This document shows, in pieces, positions 55,040-63,150 of a stretch of 64,000 bases of DNA. The DNA lies in assembly GCA_041651015.1 (NCBI GenBank), contig JBAZKA010000003.1, positions 117,755-181,754 on the forward strand. Direction: 5' to 3'. Each line of letters begins with the position of its first letter. The stretch's first letter is position 1. Position numbers and translations under genes: made by a program. The notes under the pieces were generated by a model, which was not told where the DNA came from, did no database searches, and was given only the letters and a program-made list of their open reading frames with translations. This stretch comes from Patescibacteria group bacterium. Its GTDB lineage: Bacteria > Patescibacteriota > Patescibacteriia > Magasanikbacterales > GWA2-37-8.

Positions 55040-55106
55040 GGGTTGACCCCGCAGAGCTCCTGCGAGATTCTGCGGGGTTGACAAAACCGCCATTTTGTGC
55101 TATACT
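55040..55106 (+). promoter_or_regulatory. Hairpin-flanked sigma70 promoter (TTGACA-17-TATACT)
   Basis: GGGGTTGAC-CCCGCAGA-n13-TCTGCGGGG-TTGACA aaaccgccattttgtgc TATACT. Drives the membrane-protein gene at 55175. Confidence 0.6.
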
Positions 55107-55174
55107 TTTTAATCAGTTGGAGGGCTAGCAAGCTCATTTTATCACAACAAACTGGGAAACCAGAGGAGGAATCA

Positions 55175-55711
55175 ATGGACAAAGAAAAACCGAAGGCGAC
55201 CGTCATCTGCGCGTACATGGCACTGATCGTGGCCGGTCTCATCTACCTCTTCATCAACTGCTACGCCGGATGCAAAGCCGAAGATTATGGTATGACGACA
55301 AACGAACTTCGAGCCGAAATCAACTGGATCATATTCTACTTCATTGTCGCCACCGTGATATTCATTGCGGGATCATGTCTTCCGATATCACCATACATCA
55401 AAATCATGGTCGGTATCGCCGCATTCAGTATCGCGACATTCCTCGCCGACAATCAAATAGGCACAAGCAAGTGTCTCGCGTCAGTTAAAAATGAATTTGC
55501 GGTCGCGACAGCACAAGATTGCCACCTTGTTTCGCGTGGTGAAATGCGATGCGGAGAAAAAGTCGCGGCGGTCATTGAAAAACGAAATCGTATTCTGGAT
55601 GAACTAGGCATGAAGATGATCAGCGGCGAGGGTGGGTGGAAAAGAAGAACACCGTACCCCGGCATCATAGAATACAACCGCAGCAGTATTTACATTCCAA
55701 AGTGGTTGTAA
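55175..55711 (+). CDS. Hypothetical membrane protein
   Basis: GAGGAGGAATCA-ATG RBS. Three TM helices. Cys-containing C-terminal soluble tail. The ORF-track start at 55097 is an over-extension. Confidence 0.5.
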   Translation: MDKEKPKATVICAYMALIVAGLIYLFINCYAGCKAEDYGMTTNELRAEINWIIFYFIVATVIFIAGSCLPISPYIKIMVGIAAFSIATFLADNQIGTSKCLASVKNEFAVATAQDCHLVSRGEMRCGEKVAAVIEKRNRILDELGMKMISGEGGWKRRTPYPGIIEYNRSSIYIPKWL

Positions 55712-55715
55712 CACT

Positions 55716-55810
55716 GTTTTTCCCAGCCAAACAAAGCGACCATCGACGGTCGCTTCTTTTTTTTCAAAAACAAAACGACCCTCGCGAACGAGAGTCGTTT
55801 TTTTTTGAAA
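55716..55810. terminator. Two adjacent terminator hairpins between the convergent membrane-protein gene and rplL
   Basis: AAGCGACCATCGACGGTCGCTT + T-run, and ACGACCCTCGCGAACGAGAGTCGT flanked by A- and T-runs. Confidence 0.55.
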
Positions 55811-55813
55811 TTA

Positions 55814-56212
55814 TTATTTCAAGTTGACCTTGCCACCAGCCTCTTCAATTTTCTTTTTCATTGATTCGGCTTCTTCTTTCTTCACGCCTTCTTTAATCAT
55901 CTTCGGAGCGGCATCAACCAAAGCTTTGGCTTCGGCCAGACCCAAACCGGTGATTTCTTTCACGGCTTTGATCACGTTGATCTTGTTGGCGCCACAATCG
56001 GCGAGCTCAACGTTGAATTCAGTCTTCTCTTCAGCGGCAGCGGCAGCCGGAGCGGTAGCCATGACCGCGGCCGGAGCGGCAGCGGAAACGCCGAATTTGT
56101 CTTCCAAGACCTTTACCAATTCGGCCAGGTCAAGAACGGACATTTTTTCAATTTCGCTCACGAGAGATTTAAATTTCTCCGGAACGACTACGTCTTTTTT
56201 TTCTTCTGACAT
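55814..56212 (-). CDS. rplL: 50S ribosomal protein L7/L12
   Basis: Ala-rich hinge and the C-terminal domain [19 protein letters not shown]. 132 aa. Confidence 0.9.
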   Translation of the reverse strand: MSEEKKDVVVPEKFKSLVSEIEKMSVLDLAELVKVLEDKFGVSAAAPAAVMATAPAAAAAEEKTEFNVELADCGANKINVIKAVKEITGLGLAEAKALVDAAPKMIKEGVKKEEAESMKKKIEEAGGKVNLK

Positions 56213-56241
56213 AAAATTATATATTATATTCTTATTTCTTT

Positions 56242-56775
56242 TCAGCCCTGGGCTGATCCGCCTCGGGCGGAAATATTATTCAGCACGGAAACCAAACCGC
56301 GCAGATTGCCGGCGAGCACATTAACGAAACCGGAAACCGGAGCGTTGATGGTACCGACGAGTTTGCCCAGCAATTCTTGTTTGCTCGGCAAGGTAGCTAA
56401 GTTCTTCACATAGTCCGCGGTAATAAACTTGCCTTCAAGGACGCCGCCGAAAATGGTGACGATCTCGTTTTTCTTGGCAAAATTATTCACGATGCGGGCC
56501 GGAGCGACTTCATCCCCCATTCCGAAGAAGGTGGCGATACCGCCCTGAAAAACTTTCGGGTCAACATCATAGCCCATGTTCTGGCAAACTCTCTTGACCA
56601 AAGTTTTTTTGGCCGCGAGAACTTGGATGTTTTCTTTCTGACATTCGCCGCGCAAAGTTTGAGCTTGCGCCACGGTCAGACCCTGAAAGTTGGCAAACAC
56701 GACCGATTTGGCTTTTTTGAAGCCCTCGTCCAATGTTTCCACAACTTTAATTTTTTGCTGTTTAGTTTTTGGCAT
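56242..56775 (-). CDS. rplJ: 50S ribosomal protein L10
   Basis: 177 aa directly upstream of rplL. N-terminus typical of L10. Confidence 0.85.
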   Translation of the reverse strand: MPKTKQQKIKVVETLDEGFKKAKSVVFANFQGLTVAQAQTLRGECQKENIQVLAAKKTLVKRVCQNMGYDVDPKVFQGGIATFFGMGDEVAPARIVNNFAKKNEIVTIFGGVLEGKFITADYVKNLATLPSKQELLGKLVGTINAPVSGFVNVLAGNLRGLVSVLNNISARGGSAQG

Positions 56776-56930
56776 AATTTGGTTTAGTGACCAAGATAAA
56801 AAAATCCATGGTCATAAACCACAGACATAACAATCTTCGACCATTGTCCCGCCTTGGGCGGGATAAGATTGCCTCGGCAGCATGATTAACCCTTGCGGGC
56901 GCTGCGGTCTATGGCTGACAAGATAATAAC
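56776..56930 (-). promoter_or_regulatory. Probable rplJ leader (L10 autoregulatory leader region)
   Basis: ~150-nt structured untranslated region upstream of rplJ with the hairpin CCCGCCTTGGGCGGG. Assigned by position only. Confidence 0.35.
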
Positions 56931-56958
56931 AAATAAGCGGAAATATGTCAAGGGGGGC

Positions 56959-56987
56959 TTGACAAAATGGCCTTTTTGTGCTATTCT
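56959..56987 (+). promoter_or_regulatory. Sigma70 promoter TTGACA-17-TATTCT with the conserved AAAtggCCtTTTTGTGC spacer
   Basis: Near-identical to the promoters at 55078 and 24854 (reverse strand). Drives a ~135-nt structured leader plus the small gene at 57127. Confidence 0.5.
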
Positions 56988-57126
56988 TATACGTTAGTGG
57001 TTAAATTAACCAATCTCCTTATGCACGGAAATACTTCCGTGCAGAAGCCGGATTGAATATCCGACTGCCCTTTTTACCAAAACAAACTCGGTTTGGAGAA
57101 ACCGAGTAATACGAAGGAGAAAAGAG

Positions 57127-57357
57127 ATGAAAACAATTATCCTGTTTGCCGTCGGAGCCGTCAGTATGTTCGTCGTGCCGCCTATCCTCTATCATTTCGT
57201 CAACAAAAGGGAGCAAGTGCGGGCCGGTGGCGACCAATGCAACAGCAGCGGGTCGTCCGGTTTCCAAATGACCGCGCCGAATTTCGCCATGATGATCGCA
57301 TTTTTGATCGGCGCCGTGATCACGTTCTTCGTGAAAGGGTTGCTAAATATATCGTGA
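57127..57357 (+). CDS. Small two-TM membrane protein (76 aa)
   Basis: GAAGGAGAAAAGAG-ATG RBS. Two hydrophobic helices. Confidence 0.45.
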   Translation: MKTIILFAVGAVSMFVVPPILYHFVNKREQVRAGGDQCNSSGSSGFQMTAPNFAMMIAFLIGAVITFFVKGLLNIS

Positions 57358-57479
57358 TGTAACGAAGATACGACGCTGCCCCGCCTGCCTCGAAGCTCCC
57401 GCCTAAATCTCCCGCCCGATGACAGCGTCATGTCATCAATCCCCTTTTACAATTGTCTCGGACGATTATAAATAGGATT

Positions 57480-57518
57480 AAAAAGACTGTCAGCCCAAGG
57501 CTGACAGTCTTTTGTTTT
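57480..57518. terminator. Bidirectional rho-independent terminator
   Basis: AAAAGACTGTCAGCCCAAGGCTGACAGTCTTTTGTTTTT. Confidence 0.6.
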
Positions 57519-58207
57519 TATTCAATCATCGTCCCGATAAACTTCTTGCCCTCAATCGCCTTTTTCACTTCAATCAAATTCGCGCCAGACATAACTACGA
57601 CTTTCATTTGCATTTTTTCCGCGCCGCGCGCCGCCACCGGATCAAAAGGAAAATTCGCGCCCGGAATCCATTTATCACCGACAATTTTACGAAAATCTTT
57701 CCAGGAAACGTTGACTAATTTTTTGGCTTCTGGATTTGTCCGGGGATCGCTGTCGTAAACATATTCAATATTGGACAAGTTGATTAAAGTTTTCGCGCCG
57801 TAAGTTTTGGCAATAAGCACAGCATCATAATCCGTGGAACAGCCCGGCTGCCAACCGGCGCCAACCAAAACTTTTTCTTTCCAATTAATTTTTTTGGTGG
57901 GATTTTTTATCACCACCGGATTGGCATAATCGCGAAATATTGTCCGCATAAAATGCGCGTTCAAACGAGTGGTATGGATTCCAATCCAATCAATATCCTC
58001 GGGCACCAAATCCCCTACTTCGCGCGCCGCGGCCTGATATTGCCGAGCGGTCCAGCCGCCGCCGCACACGATAATAAATCGGTAGCCGTTTTTGATTTGA
58101 GCCAAAATCATCTTTTTAAAATTCTTCAAAAATTTAACATCAAATCCGGTTTTGGGAATGATGAGGGATCCGCCGAGAGATAAGACGATTGTTTTGTTCG
58201 TGGACAT
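57518..58207 (-). CDS. pyrH: Amino-acid-kinase-fold protein, archaeal-type UMP kinase-like
   Basis: IVLSLGGSLI N-terminal glycine loop, VCGGG motif, 229 aa. An assignment to isopentenyl-phosphate kinase cannot be excluded. Confidence 0.5.
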   Translation of the reverse strand: MSTNKTIVLSLGGSLIIPKTGFDVKFLKNFKKMILAQIKNGYRFIIVCGGGWTARQYQAAAREVGDLVPEDIDWIGIHTTRLNAHFMRTIFRDYANPVVIKNPTKKINWKEKVLVGAGWQPGCSTDYDAVLIAKTYGAKTLINLSNIEYVYDSDPRTNPEAKKLVNVSWKDFRKIVGDKWIPGANFPFDPVAARGAEKMQMKVVVMSGANLIEVKKAIEGKKFIGTMIE

Positions 58208-58540
58208 ACAAATGAATTAATTGATGTATTTTTTATTACTATTATAATATCAAATATCCAATGACAAATTTCCAATCAATCCGCCGACCGGCGAACAAAA
58301 CTCAAATTTCAAATCTTCCGTATTTTGTCATTTGGATTTTGACATTGATTTGACATTGGAAATTGGGATTTTGACATTAAACCGTCTTCAAATTTTTCTT
58401 TACCCATTTTTCATTGTTAACTCTGCTCTTGGCATCGGCATAAAAAACACTCTTGTTCGCCTTGAACAAACTCGGCGTACGGTACGCCGTTTTGCCTTTT
58501 TGCGCGCGGTTGGAAGAATAATTTTTCATACACTTTTGCT

Positions 58541-58580
58541 ATTCGTATAATTCGCATGCATTCGTATATTGGCATCGCAC
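58541..58580 (+). repeat. TTCGTAT x3 phased intergenic motif (copy e)
   Basis: ATTCGTATAATTCGCATGCATTCGTATATTGGCATCGCA. Other copies: 7170-7207 and 22747-22793 on the plus strand, 22681-22722 and 23748-23788 on the reverse strand. Confidence 0.6.
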
Positions 58581-58927
58581 TAATACGCTTTTTTATTCAA
58601 AATAACATTGGTGAGCCAAGCTGTGAGCCACATAATGAGAGCGCCCCAAAAAGCCGGCCAAAAACCGGCCACGGAAAATCCTTTGACAATGGTGGAAGCA
58701 AGCCAAAACATCAGGGCGTTAATGACGAGGGTGAAAAGCCCGAGGGTGATAATGTTCACCGGCAGGGTCAAAAGCAAAGCAATCGGCCGGACGAGCGCGT
58801 TGATCAAGCCAAAAATTAAAGCAGCGATAAGCGCGCTGTAAAAATTGGCCATGTGAATACCCGGCACGTACATAGCGATAAGCATGAGGGCCGCGGCGCT
58901 GATGAGCCAACGAAGGATGAGTTTCAT
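58580..58927 (-). CDS. DUF360 / Phage_holin_4_2-family membrane protein
   Basis: LIAMYVPGIHMANFYSALIAALIFGLINALVRPIALLLTLPVNIITLGLFTLVINALMFWLAS matches the family pattern. The start is taken at MKLILRWL. Confidence 0.5.
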   Translation of the reverse strand: MKLILRWLISAAALMLIAMYVPGIHMANFYSALIAALIFGLINALVRPIALLLTLPVNIITLGLFTLVINALMFWLASTIVKGFSVAGFWPAFWGALIMWLTAWLTNVILNKKAY

Positions 58928-58944
58928 AGTAATTGAATTAATAA

Positions 58945-59550
58945 TTAAACGCCAACTAATAATTTCATAATCCAACCAATCACCGGCGAAATCAGTTCAA
59001 ACAAAAAGAAAACAAAAAACATAAGCAAAATAAAACCGTAGCGTTCTAGAAACATTTTTACTCCGCGGGCTGAATCCGGTAAAATCGCGTATAATATTTT
59101 GGAACCGTCCAAAGGCGGAATCGGCACGAGATTGAATACCAACAACATTACATTGGCATAAGCAATAATATAAAAAAATTCTACAGCCGCCGAGTAAGGA
59201 AAAAATCTAACAAGCATGCCGAAACACAAAGCCAATAAAAAATTGGCCAACGGTCCGGCTATGGCCACGAGGGCCGGGCCCCATTTTTGGTTTTTTAAAT
59301 TGTATGGGTTGTAGGGCACGGGCTTGGCGTAGGCAAACAAGAAACTCCCGCCCGAGATAAAAAATAATATCAAAGGCATCAAAATAGTGCCCCACATATC
59401 AATGTGGGCTTTGGGATTCAAAGTCAGACGGCCGGCATAACGCGCGGTCGAGTCGCCCAAACGGTCGGCCATGGCGCCATGAGCATATTCATGAATTATG
59501 GCCGAAGGGATAATCACCAGAAAGTAAAATACTAATTGTAACGGATTCAT
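58945..59550 (-). CDS. Site-2 protease-like M50 zinc metalloprotease (short form)
   Basis: HEYAHGAMADRLGD (HExxH within TM). Polytopic. 201 aa. Confidence 0.65.
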   Translation of the reverse strand: MNPLQLVFYFLVIIPSAIIHEYAHGAMADRLGDSTARYAGRLTLNPKAHIDMWGTILMPLILFFISGGSFLFAYAKPVPYNPYNLKNQKWGPALVAIAGPLANFLLALCFGMLVRFFPYSAAVEFFYIIAYANVMLLVFNLVPIPPLDGSKILYAILPDSARGVKMFLERYGFILLMFFVFFLFELISPVIGWIMKLLVGV

Positions 59551-59591
59551 AAATCTTGATTGATGGAGATTGTGACGACAATTTTCATGCC

Positions 59592-59661
59592 TGCCCCGCA
59601 GTGAACGAGCAAAGCGAGTTCTACTGCCGGGGTTGACAAAATCTAAATATTGGATTATAAT
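59592..59661 (+). promoter_or_regulatory. Hairpin-flanked consensus sigma70 promoter (TTGACA-17-TATAAT) for rpmB
   Basis: CCCCGCAG-n22-CTGCCGGGG-TTGACA aaatctaaatattggat TATAAT. Confidence 0.6.
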
Positions 59662-59716
59662 GTCCCTATTATAGCTAATTATTCAAAATAGTTCAATTCT
59701 CTAATCACCTTTTCAT

Positions 59717-59896
59717 ATGAGCCGAACTTGCACACTTTGCGGTAAAACCGCCGCCCGCGCGAACAATGTTTCCCACTCAAACATCAAAACTCCGCGCCAT
59801 CAAAAACCGAATTTACAGACCGTAAAAATGTCGGGCGCCAAAGTCAAGGCCTGCACCACTTGTCGCCGAACTTTGAACAAAAACCTGACCAAATAA
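59717..59896 (+). CDS. rpmB: 50S ribosomal protein L28
   Basis: Hand translation gives MSRTCTLCGKTAARANNVSHSNIKTPRHQKPNLQTVKMSGAKVKACTTCRRTLNKNLTK. 59 aa, so it is absent from the ORF track. Confidence 0.8.
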   Translation: MSRTCTLCGKTAARANNVSHSNIKTPRHQKPNLQTVKMSGAKVKACTTCRRTLNKNLTK

Positions 59897-59912
59897 TCAA
59901 CCACTCTCCAAT

Positions 59913-59942
59913 CCCCCGCATTTGCGGGGGATTTTGTTTTTA
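59913..59942 (+). terminator. Rho-independent terminator after rpmB
   Basis: CCCCCGCATTTGCGGGGG followed by ATTTTGTTTTT. Confidence 0.65.
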
Positions 59943-60001
59943 CGCTTGTCAAAAGCATTAATTTTATGTTAATATATGTCCATATTTTACTAATATACAT
60001 T

Positions 60002-60418
60002 ATGCAGAAAACGCAAAATAAAACCACCAACAAAACAGCGCAAATTATCCTACTGGTTATTACCGTGCTAATCGCCTGCGCCGGTTTAATTTGGCTTATC
60101 ACCAAAAGCGCCTCAAACGACTCGGACGATAACGGCGACAATGCCACCAGCACAGTCTCGCTCTATTACCGCGATGATTGTCCGCATTGCCAAAATGTAG
60201 AAAAATTTATGCAAGAAAATAATGTCACTGCCACTGTCCCCGTTATTATGAAAGAAGTGATGAATAATATTGAAAATAACAACGACCTGATGGTTCGTGC
60301 GACAAACTGCGGATACGACATTTCTTCGGTCGGCGTTCCTCTGCTTTACGATCACGGTACTTGTTATTCAGGCGATGAAGAAATCATCAATTATTTTCAA
60401 CAGAAGTTAAACAAATAA
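60002..60418 (+). CDS. Membrane-anchored thioredoxin-fold protein (CPHC active site)
   Basis: N-terminal TM. YYRDDCPHCQNVEKF has a Trx/glutaredoxin-like CxxC. A second pair of Cys in the C-terminal half. Confidence 0.5.
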   Translation: MQKTQNKTTNKTAQIILLVITVLIACAGLIWLITKSASNDSDDNGDNATSTVSLYYRDDCPHCQNVEKFMQENNVTATVPVIMKEVMNNIENNNDLMVRATNCGYDISSVGVPLLYDHGTCYSGDEEIINYFQQKLNK

Positions 60419-60429
60419 ACGGAGGGTGT

Positions 60430-60936
60430 ATGAAAAAAATCTTTGCGTTTTTTTTAACAATCGGTATGATGTTGTTTTGGGCTCTGCCGGCCAAGGCTGT
60501 CTGCCCGGTTTGCACCGTGGCGGTTATCGGCGGGCTCGGACTTTCGCGTTGGTTTGGTATTGACGACACCATCACCGGACTTTGGGCCGGCGCCGTGACA
60601 GCATCATTTACCTTGTGGACCATCAACTGGTTGAACAAAAAAAATATAAAATTTTACGGACGCAAAATTTTGGTAGCACTTTTTTGGTATGGCCTAACTT
60701 TTGTTCCTCTGCATTACATGGATATCATCGGCCACCCGCTTAATAAACTTTGGGGTGTGGATAAATTTGTTTTGGGTGTGATTATCGGCAGTATTGCTTT
60801 TGTCTTGGCCGGACAAATCTACGAATACATTAAAAAGAAAAATAACGGCAAGTCGCATTTCCGTTATGAAAAAATTGCGATGCATGTAGCGGCGCCGGCT
60901 ATTCTATCTGTCTTGTTTTATTTTATTACCCGTTAA
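60430..60936 (+). CDS. Polytopic membrane protein with extracytoplasmic CPVC motif
   Basis: Signal/TM, then AVCPVCTVAVIGG. 4-5 TM helices. Only 11 nt downstream of the Trx-like gene. Confidence 0.4.
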   Translation: MKKIFAFFLTIGMMLFWALPAKAVCPVCTVAVIGGLGLSRWFGIDDTITGLWAGAVTASFTLWTINWLNKKNIKFYGRKILVALFWYGLTFVPLHYMDIIGHPLNKLWGVDKFVLGVIIGSIAFVLAGQIYEYIKKKNNGKSHFRYEKIAMHVAAPAILSVLFYFITR

Positions 60937-60937
60937 T

Positions 60938-61468
60938 ATGGAAAACGAACTAAAAAACTATCAAGAATTAGTGGACAAGGTGGACCAAATGAAAAAACAA
61001 GATAAAATGGATTTGTCTTCTGACCAAGATTTGTCCATCGCCATTATGAATCTGGTGAGCATTGAGGAACACTTTTTCTTTACCGCCAACAAAACCGGCA
61101 AGTCTGAATATTACGACTTATTACAAGAAGTGCGAAAAATGCGCGGCGACTTGCTCCGCAAAATTATTAAAGAATACGAAGGCGAGGTCTGGTGTATTTC
61201 CAAACATTTACTGGCTGCATCCATGCGTCTGATGGAAGTCGGCACCAAACAACACAAAATGGGCAATAAGGCCGAAGCTGAAGATCTGTTCAAAAAATCT
61301 TTTGACCTCTATTCCCTGTTTTGGGGTATCAACATGAAATTGGTCAAAACCGATGACATCAAACAAATTGACGGCGAAGCGCTGAACCGCCACGATGAAG
61401 AAAAAAAAGGGTTCATGGGCAAGCTCGGCGCCTTGGTAAAGAAAGCGATTGACTGCTGTATTGAGTAA
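60938..61468 (+). CDS. Hypothetical cytoplasmic protein
   Basis: 176 aa, charged and alpha-helical. Stop is adjacent to the previous stop codon (TAATATG). Confidence 0.4.
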   Translation: MENELKNYQELVDKVDQMKKQDKMDLSSDQDLSIAIMNLVSIEEHFFFTANKTGKSEYYDLLQEVRKMRGDLLRKIIKEYEGEVWCISKHLLAASMRLMEVGTKQHKMGNKAEAEDLFKKSFDLYSLFWGINMKLVKTDDIKQIDGEALNRHDEEKKGFMGKLGALVKKAIDCCIE

Positions 61469-61613
61469 ATGCTATAATATAATTGTTCTCAAAAGGGTGA
61501 AACTGTTCTACAAATAACATGTGAAGGTTCGCCGATATTTGTTTGGCTCGTGAGCTAAACGTGAGGCTTACCACCTATACATTAGGAACATGTTGCAACC
61601 CTTATGGGAACAA

Positions 61614-61647
61614 CAAAAAATTCCTCCATCATGGAGGAATTTTTTTG
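61614..61647. terminator. Bidirectional terminator between convergent genes
   Basis: AAAAAAA-TTCCTCCATCATGGAGGAA-TTTTTTT. Confidence 0.65.
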
Positions 61648-61728
61648 TCATGCTGAACTTGTTTCAGCATCTTTAATATAATAATTGCGCGCAAGATCCT
61701 GAAATAAATTCAGGATGACAATCAGTAT

Positions 61729-62328
61729 TTATTCCAATATCCCATCCAAATTCACATCGTACAAAATCTCTTCGGCCAGTAAACGATATTTGATAATCTC
61801 TTCCGGCTTGAACCAAATGGCAATCTCGCGTTCGGCCTCCTCGGGTTTATCCGAGCAATGAATCAAATTGCGGACAGCGCGTTCATCAGCGCCGGACAAG
61901 TCATATGAATCCAAAGTCATATCGCCGCGGATTGTGCCAACATCGGAAGTGAGTGGTTCGGTACCACCAACTAATTTCTTTACAATCCCAACCGCTTCAT
62001 TCCCCTGCCAAATCATAGCCACCACCGGACCGGAAGTCATAAATTTCACCAGAGCGCGGACAATGTCCTTGCCATATTCAATCGGCGCGCGGTCGGTCGG
62101 CAACCCGGCCAGTTTACGGCTCTCCACCATTTTAACGCCTTTGGTTTCAAACCAAGCGTCGTCTTTGTTGTAGTGGGTCCAGCATTGGTCTTCGGTCGGT
62201 AAAACTAATTTCAAAGCCACGAGTTTCAAACCCGTGCGTTCAAAGCGGCGGATAATTTCTCCGATGAGAGAGCGTTGCACACCATCGGGTTTTACCATTA
62301 CGTACGAGTGTTCATTTTTGTTGGCCAT
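61729..62328 (-). CDS. ndk: Nucleoside diphosphate kinase (long form with ~50-aa C-terminal extension)
   Basis: YVMVKPDGVQRSLIGEIIRRFE and NLIHCSD (active-site His) motifs. 199 aa. Confidence 0.85.
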   Translation of the reverse strand: MANKNEHSYVMVKPDGVQRSLIGEIIRRFERTGLKLVALKLVLPTEDQCWTHYNKDDAWFETKGVKMVESRKLAGLPTDRAPIEYGKDIVRALVKFMTSGPVVAMIWQGNEAVGIVKKLVGGTEPLTSDVGTIRGDMTLDSYDLSGADERAVRNLIHCSDKPEEAEREIAIWFKPEEIIKYRLLAEEILYDVNLDGILE

Positions 62329-62385
62329 ATTTGGATAATTAATATGTTGAATTTGAGAATATAGTATATGAAAAACGCATATTTG

Positions 62386-62745
62386 TCAATTCCTAATCAC
62401 TGCAAAACGGATTCTCGCGGTCTTGGTTTTCGCGTCCGCGTAAATTATTATGCCGGCCAAAAGTAAATTAACATCGCCGATATTTTTACGATAGCAATAA
62501 GATTTAACAGTTTTATTTAATTTATGGATTTTGGTCCGCGAAATAGCCAAGTCCGTGGCCAATTCGGCCTCGCGCCGAGTTTTTACTTCCACAAAATAAT
62601 AATCGCCGCCCAAACGAGCGACGATATCTATTTCACCTTGAGTGGTAAAAAAATTTCTATCCAGAATTTCAAAACCGCGCCGGCGTAAAAATGCAACCGC
62701 CAAGTCCTCGCCCCACTCCCCGAGGTCTTTGCGCGAACGCGTCAT
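62386..62745 (-). CDS. yraN: YraN-family (UPF0102) endonuclease
   Basis: GEWGEDLAVAFLRRRGFEILDRN...GEIDIVA...VEVKTRR. Confidence 0.75.
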   Translation of the reverse strand: MTRSRKDLGEWGEDLAVAFLRRRGFEILDRNFFTTQGEIDIVARLGGDYYFVEVKTRREAELATDLAISRTKIHKLNKTVKSYCYRKNIGDVNLLLAGIIIYADAKTKTARIRFAVIRN

Positions 62746-62748
62746 AAA

Positions 62749-63150
62749 TTATTTTTTCGGCAAATATTTTTCCCTAATTTGTTTGTCCGCATGCTCGGCT
62801 CTGATGCGTGGCACTCGGCGCGCGAGAAATATCACATGAACGACAATCCGCCAAAGCGCGCAACCAAAGATCAACACCAGCCAAAAACGCCAAGCCAAAA
62901 ACGGCACGCGTTCTTGCCGGAAAAACAACCAAAGCAAACCGGTCAGACCAACCGAGAGGCCAATCGTGCCAAAACTGTTAATAATCTTTTTAAGATATTT
63001 TTCTTCAAGGCGCTGTTGGACGATTTTCAAAATCAAGCCAACCAAAACACTGCCGAGAAAAATTCCCACCCAAATCCACATACTGGTACCACGCGCGATA
63101 AACGGCTGATGAAACCAATACGACAAGTCTAAAAAGTTTGTAATACTCAT
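62749..63150 (-). CDS. Hypothetical membrane protein
   Basis: 133 aa with 3-4 TM helices. Confidence 0.4.
   Translation of the reverse strand: MSITNFLDLSYWFHQPFIARGTSMWIWVGIFLGSVLVGLILKIVQQRLEEKYLKKIINSFGTIGLSVGLTGLLWLFFRQERVPFLAWRFWLVLIFGCALWRIVVHVIFLARRVPRIRAEHADKQIREKYLPKK

Noticed and set aside
58332-58550. Plus-strand 72-aa ORF in the pyrH-like / DUF360 intergenic region
   Set aside because: No RBS. It spans the TTGACATT repeats and the terminator hairpin, so it is more plausibly regulatory or sRNA sequence.
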